Assembly (NCBI GenBank): GCA_014905635.1
Contig: CM026547.1
Location: 3,162,001-3,226,000, forward strand
Length of the DNA: 64,000 nucleotides
Direction of reading: 5' to 3'
Source of the DNA: Scenedesmus sp. PABB004
Lineage: Eukaryota
Below, in pieces: positions 23,469 to 35,388 of the stretch. Position 1 is the first letter of the stretch, and every line of letters begins with the position of its first letter. The translations under genes were made by a program, and so were the position numbers. The notes beneath the pieces are model-generated. The model made no database searches and had not been told where the DNA came from. It saw nothing but the letters and a program-made list of their open reading frames with translations.

Positions 23469-25429
23469 TGCAGACGGCGGGAGCGGTGACGGCAGCTGCG
23501 GGGCAGCTTGCGGTCCGCCAGCGGACCGCATTGGTCACATTGGTCGCACCTTTTGCAGCGCGCGCGCGCGCCCCGCATTGTGAACGCTTGCTGCGGACCT
23601 GGCCCTGGGATTCAGGGGCCGGCCGCTCAGAGAGCGCTGGACGAGCGCTGACCACAGCACTTGAGGTGCGCCGCGCTGCACCGAGCGCGCCGCGCCGCGA
23701 GAGCCTCGGCCTCGGCGATGGCGTGCGCGCGCCCTCTCATCAGCTTGCCTCACTGGGTATGTCAATGCGCGGCGGCTCGCGAACGGCAGCATCTGGGGCC
23801 TTGGCGCCGCGCACGGTGCGGCGCATGCTGCCGGCATGCGAAGGTGGCGCACTAGTAGTAGCTGCTGTATCAGTGGCCGGGGCAGCCAGGCCGGCACCGA
23901 GCGTGGTACTCGCCGTGCGCGTTGGCGCGCACGGCCGCGGGGCGCGAGCGTCCATGGTTTTGGCCAGCGGGGCGTGCGCGGGCGGCCGCCGGCCGCGTCT
24001 GGTGTCGTCGTCGTCGTTGGTGCCGCGCCGCCGCGCTGGAAGAAGATCCCTTGCTCGCGGAGAAGACTGCTGGGCGTTTGTGTTTGTGCGGAGGAGGGCC
24101 CGCGCCGTTGGCGGCGCGCGCCTCGCTCGGTCTCTCGCGGAGCTGTGAGCGTGCGAGCTGGTGCACGGCTGTGTACATACCGCACCACGCTGCTGCTGGG
24201 CGCTGGCGCCGCCCGCAGAGAGCCCGGCGCCGCAGTGTATCACCACCACCTGTCAAGGGCCCCGCTAGGGACGTGGGCGGGCGAGCGCGAGCGCGCGGCT
24301 GGCTCGGAGCGCCGGCCCGCGCGCCGCGCCCCGCAGGGGAGCGCAAGCGCGTGCGGCTGCGGCGCGCGGCCCGGGTGGCCGCTGCGCCACGTGCGCCCCG
24401 CGTCGGGCGGGCGGCGACGGCGGCGGCGTGGAGGGGGCTCGTTGCTCCAGGTGCTGGCGAAGGAGGGGGGAGGCACGCACGTGATGCCTGTTGCGCCGCG
24501 GATTCGGGGCTGCGGCGGGCCACTCGTTAGCCTAGGCTAGTCAATCAAGCCGCCGCCGCGCGCGGCGGCGGCGCAGGCGTGTGCATGGGTTATCGTGCAC
24601 GGGCGCGCCTCGGCACGCCGCCAGGCCCATCCAGCGCCGGGGAAACGCCCCGCTGAGCTCTGAGCTTGCAAGCCTGTGACAGACTGTGTTTGTTTGTTTG
24701 TTGGCGTGCGCGGACCACCACCAGTGTGGGCCAGACCAGGGGCGGTGGGCTTCTGTGTGTGTATGTGTGGGCTTGTGCGCGACGTGCCGGGGGCGCCGCT
24801 CTCACTCGTGTGTGCGCGCGTGTCACCGGCGTGAGATTGGGCGCGCCCCGCGCTCGCCGCCACGGGCAGCGGCGCGCGCGCGCCCCTCGCCACTCATTCC
24901 TGCAGGCACATTACCCTGCGCACTCGACTGAGACTCTGCTTCACTCACACACTCTACTTCACTCACTCGGGCGGCGGTGCGGGGGCGGCTCCGGAGCCTC
25001 CCCCCGCGCGCCGCCGGCGGGCGCGAACGTCGCCGCCGCGCTATTGCGATTCACGGGGGCTATCTATCGCGGGGGGGGGGGGCTGCTTTCAGGCATGCGC
25101 CGACTCGCGGCGCCCACGCCGCGCGACAGGGGATGGACGCCGATGGCGTCAGGGACCGCCAGCGACCCCGCGCAGGCCGGCCCCTGCACTGCTCTTTGCT
25201 GGATCGCCGCTTTCAAAACGCCGGCCAAGCTGCTGCTACTTCTGACGACGACAAAAAGGCGGGGGCTGAAAAGGCGGGGGCTGCGGGAGGGCCTGATCGC
25301 AGGCGCGACGCGGGGCGGCGGGGCGGCAACCCTGGGCAATGGTAACCGCAATGGTAACCGTGAGCGGGCACACCGGTCACACCGGTCCCCCCAACAGGTG
25401 CCCGGGGCCCCGAGCCCGGACGACGCGGG

Positions 25430-26141
25430 TCACTCCGGCATCTCCAGGCCCAGCGCCGCCGCGGCCGCCGCGAAGTCGGGCGGCGGCGGCGCCCGGAATG
25501 TCACGGGCTCGCCCGTGCCCGGGTGCGTCAGCGTCAGCGACCACGCGTGCAGCGCCTGGCGGGCGATCCAGGGGCCCTGCGCGCACGCACGCCCGGGGGG
25601 GCGGGCGGCGGGCGGGCGGGCGCTCAGCGCCACCGCGCGCGCGCGCGCGGGCGGCCACCCGCGGCGCGGAGCGGCGGCTGCCGCACCGTGAGGCCGTACA
25701 CCTCATCACCAACCAGGGGGTGGCCCACGTGGGCCATGTGGAGGCGGATCTGGTGCGTGCGCCCCGTCACGGGCCGGCAGCACACCAGCGCGGCGCCCTC
25801 ACCGACCGCGGCGGGGTCTCCGGCGGCGCAGCCCCACTGCGGCGCGGCCGCGGCGGCGCCATGCTGCGCCGGCTGCTGCGGCTTCAGGCGCGCCGCGGGG
25901 TTGGCGGAGAGCACCTGCGCAGCGCAAGCGGCGGTGGCGGCGGCGGCGGCGGCGGCGCTCAGCCGCGCGCCCCGCGGCGGGGCAGCTCGCCGCGGCCGCC
26001 GCGCACCTCGACGTGCGTCACCGCGGGCAGGCCGGCCGCGTCGCCCGCGGGCGCGACGCGGCGCGCGACCTTAATGCTCGGGTGGGCGCCGATCGGCGCG
26101 TCCACGGAGAAGCGGTGCCGCGCCGGCCGCTGCGCACCCGG

Positions 26142-26176
<35 letters not shown>

Positions 26177-26932
26177 GCACGCCGAGCGCGAGCGCGAGGT
26201 AGGCCTTGGCCACGGCCTTGCGCCTGAACTGCGCGTTGACGTCGCTCGCGGTGGCGCGGTCCTTCGCCGCGAGCAGCACGCCCGAGGTGTGCATGTCCAG
26301 CCTGCGCGGCGCCGCGCCGCGCTCGGCAGCGCGCCCGGCGCCGCCGGCCGGCATGCCGCGGCCGTGGCCAGCGCGCCGCGCCGCGCCGCGCCGCGCCGCT
26401 CTGCGTCGAGCCGCGCCGCGCCCCTCTGCCCCGCGCCGCGCCGCGCCTGTGCAGGAGGAAGGGCTCGTAGCCGAGGTGGGCGATCATGCGGTTGACCGCA
26501 CTGCCGCCCGCCCAGCGGTGGTTGGGCACGCTGCGCAGGCCCGGCGGCTTGGCCACCGCCAGGAACGCGCCGTCCTCGTACACCACGGCCAGCGGCGCGT
26601 CGTCCGCGACCAGACGGATGCTGCGCGGCGCGCGCTGCACGAGCGTGGCCACCCTGCAGCGGCGGCGGCGGCGGCGGAGGCGGTGCCGCGGCTGCGCGGC
26701 TGCGCGGCTGCGCGGCTGCGCGGCTGCGCGGCTGGCGCGCCCGCCCGCCGCGGCACGCCACCCACCGCCGCGGCGGCAGCTGCAGGATGGCAGCGATCTC
26801 CGCCGGCCCGCGCAGCGGCGCGCGCGCGGGCCTGCCGCGCCGCCGGCGCCCCGTGCTGCCCGGCGGCACCTGCTGTGCCTGCTGCGGCTGCTGCTGCCCC
26901 TCCTGCTGCTGTTGCCCCTGATGCTGCTGGCC

Positions 26933-26984
<52 letters not shown>

Positions 26985-27484
26985 CCTGCCGCCGGCGCCG
27001 CGCTGTCGCCGCCGTCCAGGTCCTCCTCCTCCGACTCCTCATCCTGCGACTCCTCGTCTGGCGCCGCCGCGACAGGCGCCACGCCGTCGCCGGGGTCGGC
27101 CACCCACATGAGCCGCAGCACGTGCATGCGACGCGCGTGCTCGCGCGCCGCCGCGCCCTCCAGCAGCGCCTCAGGCGCCGCGCCGCCGCGCTGGTCGCCC
27201 GGCGGCAACAGGTCGGCGCAGCACTTGTCGACGTGCTGCAGCAGCCGCGTGGCGTCCGAAAACTTGTTGGCACAGCTGGGGCACTCCCAGGTCCACTCCG
27301 CGCGCGCCCGCCTGCCTGCCTGCGGGGAGCGCCGGCCATCGCCCGGCGGCGGCAGCGGCGCGCCGTCGCTGCCGGCGGCGGCCGCCGCCATGCGCGCGCG
27401 GGCGCCTGCCGCGGCCGCGGGCGGCGCCCCCAGTCGCTGCGGCTGCCGAGGTGTGAGCAGAAGCTTGGGGCGGCCGCTCAGCAT
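25430..27484 (-). CDS. RluA-family pseudouridine synthase with an N-terminal C2HC zinc-finger-like motif
   Basis: VVYED...[16 protein letters not shown] (catalytic Asp), [27 protein letters not shown]-terminal CPSC-x12-H-x3-C and poly-Q. Confidence 0.92.
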
Positions 27485-28009
27485 GGCATCGGACCGGCGG
27501 CGCGGCCCCGCGTTGCCAGCGGCGGCGCGGGTGGCGTCGGGCGGGTGCGTCGGGCGGCGGCGTCAGGCGGTGGCCTGGGGCGAGCGAGCTTGTTGGTGCC
27601 GACCGGGGCGTCGGTCTGCGGGCGGTGCGCAGTGACCGCCGCCGTGCGCAGCGGGCGGCAGCAGCGGCGGCCCACCGCCGCACTGCGCCGCCGCGGTTCG
27701 GCGGGCTGATCGCGGCCACCCACACCGCCGGGCCGAGCACACACGCCACGACCGACAACGCCAAACCACCGCGGGCTGCCCGTTGCGCGCGGAGAGAGGG
27801 GCATCCGCAGCGGCCGGCCGTCCTGTCCTGCGGCCAGCGGATCGCGGCTCCTCCTGCGGCGCCTCCCACGTCGCACACTCGACGCCGCGCACGCACGCGG
27901 CAGCTGCAGCTGCTGCAGCAGCGCGGCTGCGCCGGCGGCGGCGGGCGGAGCAGCAGCGGCAGGCGTGCGGCCTGCACGGCGGCGTGCCCAGTGCGCGGCG
28001 GGCGCGGCC

Positions 28010-28567
28010 ATGGCGCTCACGTACGAGCCGTTCCTGGTCATCCTGGCGGGCTGCGCGGCGGCGGCGGTGATGGAGGCGATCTCGTGGGCGCTCGTGTATC
28101 GCACGAGCAGCTACATGCGCCTGCGCGGCGAGCTCGACCGCGCGGCGCGCAAGCTCGAGGCGCTCAAGTCGTCCGACGGCGGCGCGGCGCGGCCGCACCG
28201 CAAGGAGAAGCGCCTGGAGGACCTCATGCGCACCGGCGCGCGCGACCTGACCGCGACGCGCATGAAGCTCGGCGCGATCAGCATGGCCGGCATGTTTGTG
28301 ATGTACCAGCTCGTGTCCAAGGCCTGGGACGGCGTCGTCGTCGCACGCCTGCCCTTCCACCCGCCCGGCTTCATCGCCGCCGTCACGCACCGCGGCGTGG
28401 CGGGCGACGACATGACCGAGTGCGGCGCCGCGTTTGTGTACGCGATGTCGCTCGCCTACGCAAAGGCCGTCATCGACAAGGCCGCCGGCTGGAGCCCCAG
28501 CCGCGCGACCAATCGCCTCATGCAGGCCGCAAGCACGATGGCCATGGACCCCGCCAAGATGAAGTAA
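28010..28567 (+). CDS. TMCO1: TMCO1/DUF106 ER membrane protein (single exon)
   Basis: EAISWALVYRTSSY..L..EL....KLE, DGVVVARLPFHP, HRGVAGDDMTEC. Confidence 0.9.
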   Translation: MALTYEPFLVILAGCAAAAVMEAISWALVYRTSSYMRLRGELDRAARKLEALKSSDGGAARPHRKEKRLEDLMRTGARDLTATRMKLGAISMAGMFVMYQLVSKAWDGVVVARLPFHPPGFIAAVTHRGVAGDDMTECGAAFVYAMSLAYAKAVIDKAAGWSPSRATNRLMQAASTMAMDPAKMK

Positions 28568-28814
28568 AGACCGCGCGCGCGTCAGGCGTGTGACCATATC
28601 TGCGGTGGGCCCTCGGACCGGCTGGGGCGGGAGCGGGGCGACGTCTGTTTTGTGCTGCGGCGCCGGGCGCGCTCGGGCGAGTAAAGAGCAACTGCAGGTC
28701 ACCAGCGCGGCGCGGCCCGTCCGAACCCGCCGCCGCCCGGCAACGCGTCCCCAGCCCCAGCGCGCAGCACGCGCGGCCCCCAGGACCCCTGCAGGCCCGG
28801 CCGCCGCGCGAGCG

Positions 28815-31346
28815 CTAGCGCGGCGTCGCGCCGCCCGACTGCCGCGCGCGCCGCTGCCGCGCGGCGGCGGCGCCGCCCGACGCGGGCCGGCCGCTGCTGC
28901 CGCCCGCGCCGCCGCTGCTGCCCGCGCCGCCGAGCCCCGCCCACGCGCTGTCGGGCGCGCCCGGCGGCGGCACGAGCACGCCGTTGCGCAGGTCCGGCGT
29001 GAACCCCGCCGCCAGGAGCTCTGCATACTTGGCCTTGCCGATGGCCACCGCCTTGCCCGTCTGGGGGTTGAGAATCTTGCCCAGCGCCACGAGCGGGCTC
29101 ACCGAGCCCTGCCCGGCCGCCGCGGGCGGGCTCGACTGCGCGGGGCGGCGCGCCACGTCCACGGCGAGCCGCTCCTTGCCAAACGGCGACGCCGCCGCGG
29201 GCGAGCTCGCCGCCGGGGCCGCGGCGCCGCCGCGCGGCGCGCCGCCGGAGGGTGGCCCCGCCGCGGGCGCGGGCGGCGGCGAGGAGCTGGGGAAGCGGTA
29301 CGCCCCTGGCGACGCGCCCGCGCCGTCGCCGGCCACGCTCGTCACGCGCCAGCCGCCCGCCGACGGCGGGCGCGCCGACGCCGGCCGCAGCGCGGGCTGG
29401 TGCTCCAGCAGCGTGGGGCTCGGCGGCGGCGGCTGCGCGAGGTGCAGCGGCGAGCTGCGCTCGCCGCGCGCCGCCCCGCGCTGCGCCGCCGCGGGGCTGG
29501 CCACCCACTCGTCAAAGCTGGGCTGCTTGCCGACGGGCGCCTCCGCCGGCGCGCGGAAGCGGCTGAGCCAGCTGCCGCGGCGGCGCTGCCCGCGCTCGTG
29601 CTCGCGCTCCTCGTCCGACAGCAGCGGGCCGCCCGCGCCTCCGTTGTCGTCGTCGTCGTCCGGCAGCGGCGACTCTGCCGCCGTGCGCAGGCCGCCGACG
29701 TACCGCGCGTGGCTGGGCCGGCTGCCCGGGCCGCTGGCGGGGCTCACCGCGGCGGCCGCGCGGCGCGCGCCGCCGGCCGCCGCGGCCCCGCGCCGCCCGG
29801 GCACGACGCGCCACGCGGCGCGCAGCGCCCAGCCGGCGAGCTGCAGCACGCGCCACACGACCGCCAGGCACAGCAGCAGCAGCCGCCTGCGGCGCGGGGG
29901 CGACGGAGGAGTGCGCGGGTGGGCGCGCGCGCGGGGGACCAGCCCAGGGCGGCGCCGCCGCCTGACGCGCCGCCGCAGCACACGGCCGCCGCGCGCCGCC
30001 GCCGCCTGCCTCCGCGCGCCGCCGGCCGCGCGCCGCCGCCGCACCGCCCGACCGCGAGCAGGCCCCGGCTGCACACGAGCAGCGCGACCGCGGCGAGCGC
30101 GGCGGCCTCGTCGGCGAGCGCGGCGTAGGCCATGGCGAGCCCCGTGAGCAGCAGCGTGGCGGTGATGGTGTTGTTGAGCTTCACGTTGGCCCCGTCGTCC
30201 AGCCAGTACGTCACGCCCAGGCCCAGCAGGCCGCTGACGAGGAGGTATATGACAAAGGGCCGGCTGAGCACCACGTCGCGCGCGTCGGGCAGCCACGTGC
30301 CGTACACCCAGCGCACCGCGGCGAGCAGGCTCGTGCTGCTGAGCGTGAAGAGCGCCGCCAGGGAGCGCTTGTACGGCACCGACCTGCCCCGCGCCGGGCG
30401 CGCGGCGGGTGTGGGCCCGCCGGCGCGGCGCGGCGCAGCGCACGCGCGCGGCGCAGCGCGCGTGCACGGGGCCCCCGGGCGCACCGCATGAGCACGAACG
30501 CCACGACCACGACCGCGCCAGACATGAACACCAGGCTCCCGCTAGTCAGGCGGAACACGGTCGACGTGGCGAGCGCGCGTGCATTGAAAAACAGCACCAC
30601 GCCCAGCACGCTCAGCACGACGCTGCGCGCGCTCGTCACGCGCGTGGCGGCCACCTCGCACGTGACGCTCGGGCCTGCGCGGCGGCGGCGGCGGAAGTCG
30701 GCGGGGTGCGGCGCCCGCGTGTGCGGCGGGGTGCGGCCGGGCAGCAGCGCACCGCTGCGGTGGCGCCGCCCCAGCTGCGTCTGTGCACGCGCGCGCGCGC
30801 GCGCCGCCGGCGCGCTCACCGGCAGCCAGCAGCCCGCGCGGCTCGGGCGCGTCCACGGCGAGCAGGTGGTCTTGCAGCGGCGAGAGCGTGAGGCGGCACA
30901 CGCGCGGGTCGCTCACAATGTTGGCCCAGCCGCACCACTTGACGGGCGTCGCTGCGCCGGGCGTGGTCAGCGCGTCCATGCTGCGCGCAGAGAGCACCGT
31001 GTACTGCGGCGCGCGCGAGGCGCGGAGCGCGGGTCTGGGCCCCGCCGCGCTGCGCTGCGCTGCCCGCTCGCCGCGGAGGCAGCGGCCCCGGCCCGCGCCC
31101 GCCGCGGCGCGGATCGCTCACGGAGCTGGTTGAGCAGTTGAACAGCACCTCCAGCGGCGCCCAGAGCGCGGGAAGCGCCCGCCACCCGCGCACGGCGCCG
31201 CAGACGTGGCCGCACTTGAGCGGCGAGTCGGCGGGCAGCTCGAGGCTGATGCTCTCGCACTGCCCTGCCGCTGGCATCGGCCCACAAGCTGCCACAGCCA
31301 CGATAAGCGCCAGGACCGCGCCGCAGCGCCGCGAACAGCCGTTCAT
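28815..31346 (-). CDS. NEMP/DUF2215-like nuclear envelope membrane protein, multi-exon
   Basis: Signal peptide, LGVVLFFNARALATSTVFRLTSG, YLLVSGLLGLGVTY, further transmembrane helices and an SP-rich tail. Confidence 0.75.
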
Positions 31347-31448
31347 GGCGGCGGCGCGACGAGCAGCGCCCGCCGCAATCAGGCGGCCTGCTGCGAGGCC
31401 ACGCGCCGCCCGCACAGCGAGCCGAGCCACAAAGATGCGCAGTCGCGA

Positions 31449-32107
31449 GGTGCCGCGGCGGTGGGAGCTCCGGGGCGCCGCCTGGCGGGCGGGGAAGCGC
31501 AGTTGCAGCGCTGCAGCGGCGGCGCTGCTTTGAACTGCGGCCGGCCCGGCGCGGCGCCGGCGCGAGCTGCGCGCGTGGGCCGGTGGGCGGTGGCGGCCAG
31601 GTGGCCCGCAGGACGGCAAACGTGCACGCGAGAGAGACCGCGGGGTTTGGCCGCCGCTGCGCCCCGCACGACGCCTGCCGCCGCCAGTCCCCGCACGACG
31701 CCTGCCGCCGCCAGTCGGCCGCTTGCGCGGCCGACGCAGCCGGCACCGCGCCGCGCCGCGCCGAGCGCCGCCACGCGCGCCGCCGCCATAGGCCCCGGCG
31801 AGGGCGTGCCGGCTGCTCGGCCGCCCACCCGCTGACCGCCCGGGCCCCGCGCGCGGGCGAGGCGTGCGCCGCCTACGGCGAGCGAGGATGCGTGCCGCAT
31901 GCCGGGACTGCCGGCGGCGCGGGCGGCCCCCTGCGGGCACGGCGCGGCGCTGGGGCGCATGAAACCGGCGTTCTCAGCCCACCGCGCGCGCACGAGCGGC
32001 TGGCGTGCGAGTGGTAGGGTGGTAGCTGCGCCTTTGCGACGCGCACGCGCCCCAGCGCGGGCGTCCAGCGCTGTGCCGCGGCCCGGCGCCCGCCACTGCG
32101 CACGCCC
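31449..32107 (+). repeat. Left arm of a ~650-bp inverted duplication
   Basis: Near-identical reverse complement of 34556-35187; carries an extra 27-bp tandem copy at about 31662-31715. Confidence 0.95.
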
Positions 32108-32126
32108 CTTCTGCGGTGAGCCTGTG

Positions 32127-32131
32127 TTACA
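32127..32131 (-). terminator. TGTAA polyadenylation signal, probably for the orphan gene
   Basis: TTACA on the + strand, 600 bp downstream of the stop at 32729; TGTAA is the established chlorophyte signal. Confidence 0.5.
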
Positions 32132-32728
32132 CGCTTGCACGCGCTCAGTGAGCCTCGCTCTCGCACCGATCAGGGCTCACGTCACCGAGTAAGAGTTGCT
32201 GCCTGGCAGCAGCCGCGCTGCCGCCGCCCACCGCAAACCAAAACGGGCGGCTCCGACGACTCGATACTCGATACGGCGGCCTAAAGATATGGGCGCACAC
32301 GTCTCCTTCTCCCTTCTTGCGGGGCGCGCGCGCTTTCTCTGCCGCCGCGCTGCTGCGACCGCTACACTCCGCGCGCTCCCCAACCACGACCACCACCACC
32401 GCTGCCATGATGCGAGTTCAGACAAGACAGAAAGGGGAGCGTGAGGCTACTAAGGGCCGGCCAGGAGGAGAGTTTGGGGTACAGGGGGCTCCAACAACAT
32501 GTACACACTGCGGCGGCGCCGCGGGACCAAGGGGATACGTACACACAGCGCGCTGGTCGGCGCCACACCAGGTGCGCAGGAGCCCGAAGCATTTCAGCTG
32601 GCGCTCCCGCCCGCCGCGCGGCCGGGTCGTCGGCTCGTGGAGTGGAGTTCCGCGTTGTTGTATTCTCGACGCTTTTCAAACGAACGCAACACGTGCGCTC
32701 CGCATGCATGGACAGGCAGGCGCCTCGC

Positions 32729-34413
32729 TCACGCGTAGAGGGAGCTCGAGAAGACCATCTCCGCGGACATGCGGGTGCTGGCCGACGAGACGGTGCGCTC
32801 CGGCGCGCGGCCGCGCGTCGCGCCCTTGGCCAGCGGCAGCGGCTGCGCGGCGTCGTCGCCGTCGTCGTCGTCGCCGTCGTCGTGCATCAGCTCCGCCGGG
32901 TCGATGTCCCCGAGCCAGCCCGCGATAACGCCGTCCTCCCAGTCGCACCCCGGCTCCTGGCACCGCCCGGCCGCCGCCGGCCGCCGCGGCGGGCTGGCCA
33001 TGCGCGCGCTGGCCGTCGAGACGGTGCGCTCAGGCGCGCGGCCCCGCGGAGCGGCCTCGGCCGGCGCCAGCGGCTGCGCGTCGTCGTCGTGCATCAGCTC
33101 CGCGGGGTCGATGTCCCCGAGCCAGCCCGCGATAACGCCGTCCTCCCAGTCGCACCCCGGCTCCTCGCACCGCCCGGCCGCCGCCGGCCGCCGCGGCGGG
33201 CTGGCCATGCGCGCGCTGGCCGACGAGCCAGAGCGCTCGGGCGCGCGGCCGCGCGGCGCGGCCTCAGCCCGCGCCAGCGGCTGCACACCGTCGTCGTGCA
33301 TCAGCTCCGCGGGGTCGATGTCCTGCAGCCAGCCTGCGACCACGCCGTCCTCCCAGTCGCAGTGCTCTGACGCGGCCGCCGCGCCGCCCGAGCGCGGGCT
33401 GGCGAGCGGCACGCCGTCGCAGTCGTCGACGAGCACGAGCCCCGCCGCGGCGGCGGCGGCGGCCGCCGCCGCTGCCCCCGACGCGCCCGATGCGCGGCGC
33501 GAGAGCAGCGGCTGCGACGGCGCCGTCACGCTGCCAGTCGCGACCCAGAGCGACACGGGGCACGTGGCCGAGCGCTGGTACGACGGCGGCGCCGGGATGT
33601 GCTGCGCGCCCGGCGCCTCCAGGCGGCCGCTGCTGCCTGCGGCGGGCCAGGCGGGCACGGGCTGCACCGCCTGCTGCTGCGGCTGGGGCTCCAGCACCAT
33701 CAGGCCCATGCTGCTGCTGCCGGCGCTCACGCCCAGCGCGGCGGGCGCCGCGCCGTCCAGGCCGGCCTGGCCGCGCAGCGCGGCCTTGCCGCGCGCGCGC
33801 AGCACGCGCGCCGTCGCGGGCTGCGCGGCCGCCATCGCGGAGCTGCTGGGCAGCGAGCCGGCAACGTGGCCGGCGGCGCGGCCCAGCTGCTGCGCGCGGT
33901 CGGCGGGCGCGCTGGTCCCTGGTCGGCGGGCGGGGCGGGGGCGGCGGTCAGGTCGCGGGGCAGGGCCTGGCAGGCCGCCCGCAGCCACGCGCGCCCCCGG
34001 TCGCCCTCGCCGCACCTGCGTGCATGCCGAACTCGGCGCTCGCCGCGCTGCAGCTCGAGCGGGCGCCGGCGCTGCCGCACGGCGAGCGGCGGCCGGTGGC
34101 GCTGGGCAGCACCTCGGCGATGCAGCAGTCGACGGCCTCGACCTCCATGCTCACCTGCGAGCGGGGCGGCGCCCCCGTCAGCCGGCCCGCGGGGCGCGCG
34201 TGCGCAGACCTCCAACCGGCTGCCCCGGCCGCGCCGGCCCGCCGCAGCCGCCCGCGAGCGCGCGGGAGCGCGATCAAGCATTTGTGCACCCTTTGCGCTG
34301 TGCCGCGTCGCGCCAGCGGCCCGCACCTCGCCGCTGCGGGTCTCGCCGATGCCGGCGGTCCCCCGGCCGCCGTCCTTGGCGCTGAGCTTCCGCACCAGGC
34401 TGCTCAGCGGCAT
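32729..34413 (-). CDS. Orphan protein with three tandem 69-aa C-terminal repeats, multi-exon
   Basis: Exon 1 MPLSSLVRKLSAKDGG...SGE followed by a GT donor; exon VSMEVEAVDCCIAEVLP; last exon with CDWEDGVIAGWLGDIDPAELMHDD x3. Confidence 0.6.
32770..33362 (-). repeat. 207-bp coding tandem repeat, about 3 copies
   Basis: CCGTCCTCCCAGTCGCA recurs at 32931, 33138 and 33345. Confidence 0.92.
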
Positions 34414-34555
34414 GCTCGCCCTAACGCGTCCTGTCGAGCGTGGCGGGGGTCGCTGCGCGCGCGGAGCCGGAGCAGGGATCGCCGGCGAGCGAGCGCGAGC
34501 GTTGGCGCGGTGCGCGCGTCTTCGTGGGCTGGGGCGTGCGGGGTGAGCGCGTGAC

Positions 34556-35187
34556 GGGCGTGCGCAGTGGCGGGCGCCGGGCCGCGGCACAGCGCTGGAC
34601 GCCCGCGCTGGGGCGCGTGCGCGTCGCAAAGGCGCAGCTACCACCCTACCACTCGCACGCCAGCCGCTCGTGCGCGCGCGGTGGGCTGAGAACGCCGGTT
34701 TCATGCGCCCCAGCGCCGCGCCGTGCCCGCAGGGGGCCGCCCGCGCCGCCGGCAGTCCCGGCATGCGGCACGCATCCTCGCTCGCCGTAGGCGGCGCACG
34801 CCTCGCCCGCGCGCGGGGCCCGGGCGGTCAGCGGGTGGGCGGCCGAGCAGCCGGCACGCCCTCGCCGGGGCCTATGGCGGCGGCGCGCGTGGCGGCGCTC
34901 GGCGCGGCGCGGCGCGGTGCCGGCTGCGTCGGCCGCGCAAGCGGCCGCTGGCGGCGGCAGGCGTCGTGCGGGGCGCAGCGGCGGCCAAACCCCGCGGTCT
35001 CTCTCGCATGCACGTTTGCCGTCCTGCGGGCCACCTGGCCGCCACCGCCCACCGGCCCACGCGCGCAGCTCGCGCCGGCGCCGCGCCGGGCCGGCCGCAG
35101 TTCAAAGCAGCGCCGCCGCTGCGCCGCGCCGCCCGCGCTCGCCCCGCCCGCCAGGCGGCGCCCCGGGGCTCCCACCGCCGCGGCACC
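34556..35187 (-). repeat. Right arm of the inverted duplication
   Basis: Reverse complement of 31449-32107; identical translated segments appear on opposite strands in the ORF track. Confidence 0.95.
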
Positions 35188-35227
35188 GCACGCAGCAAGC
35201 GGCCCGCGCCGGGCGCGCAAGCGGCAA

Positions 35228-35275
35228 TTACTGCCGTGGGCTGGGGTCCTCCGCTGGCGGAGGTGCTTGTGCTTC

Positions 35276-35318
<43 letters not shown>

Positions 35319-35338
35319 GGCCCCGTCTGCTCCCCCGC

Positions 35339-35388
<50 letters not shown>

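Noticed and set aside
31440..35196. Calling the inverted-repeat unit a definite MULE
   Set aside because: The flanks (CAGTCGCGA vs GCACGCAGC) show no target-site duplication and there is no transposase; kept only as an alternative hypothesis.
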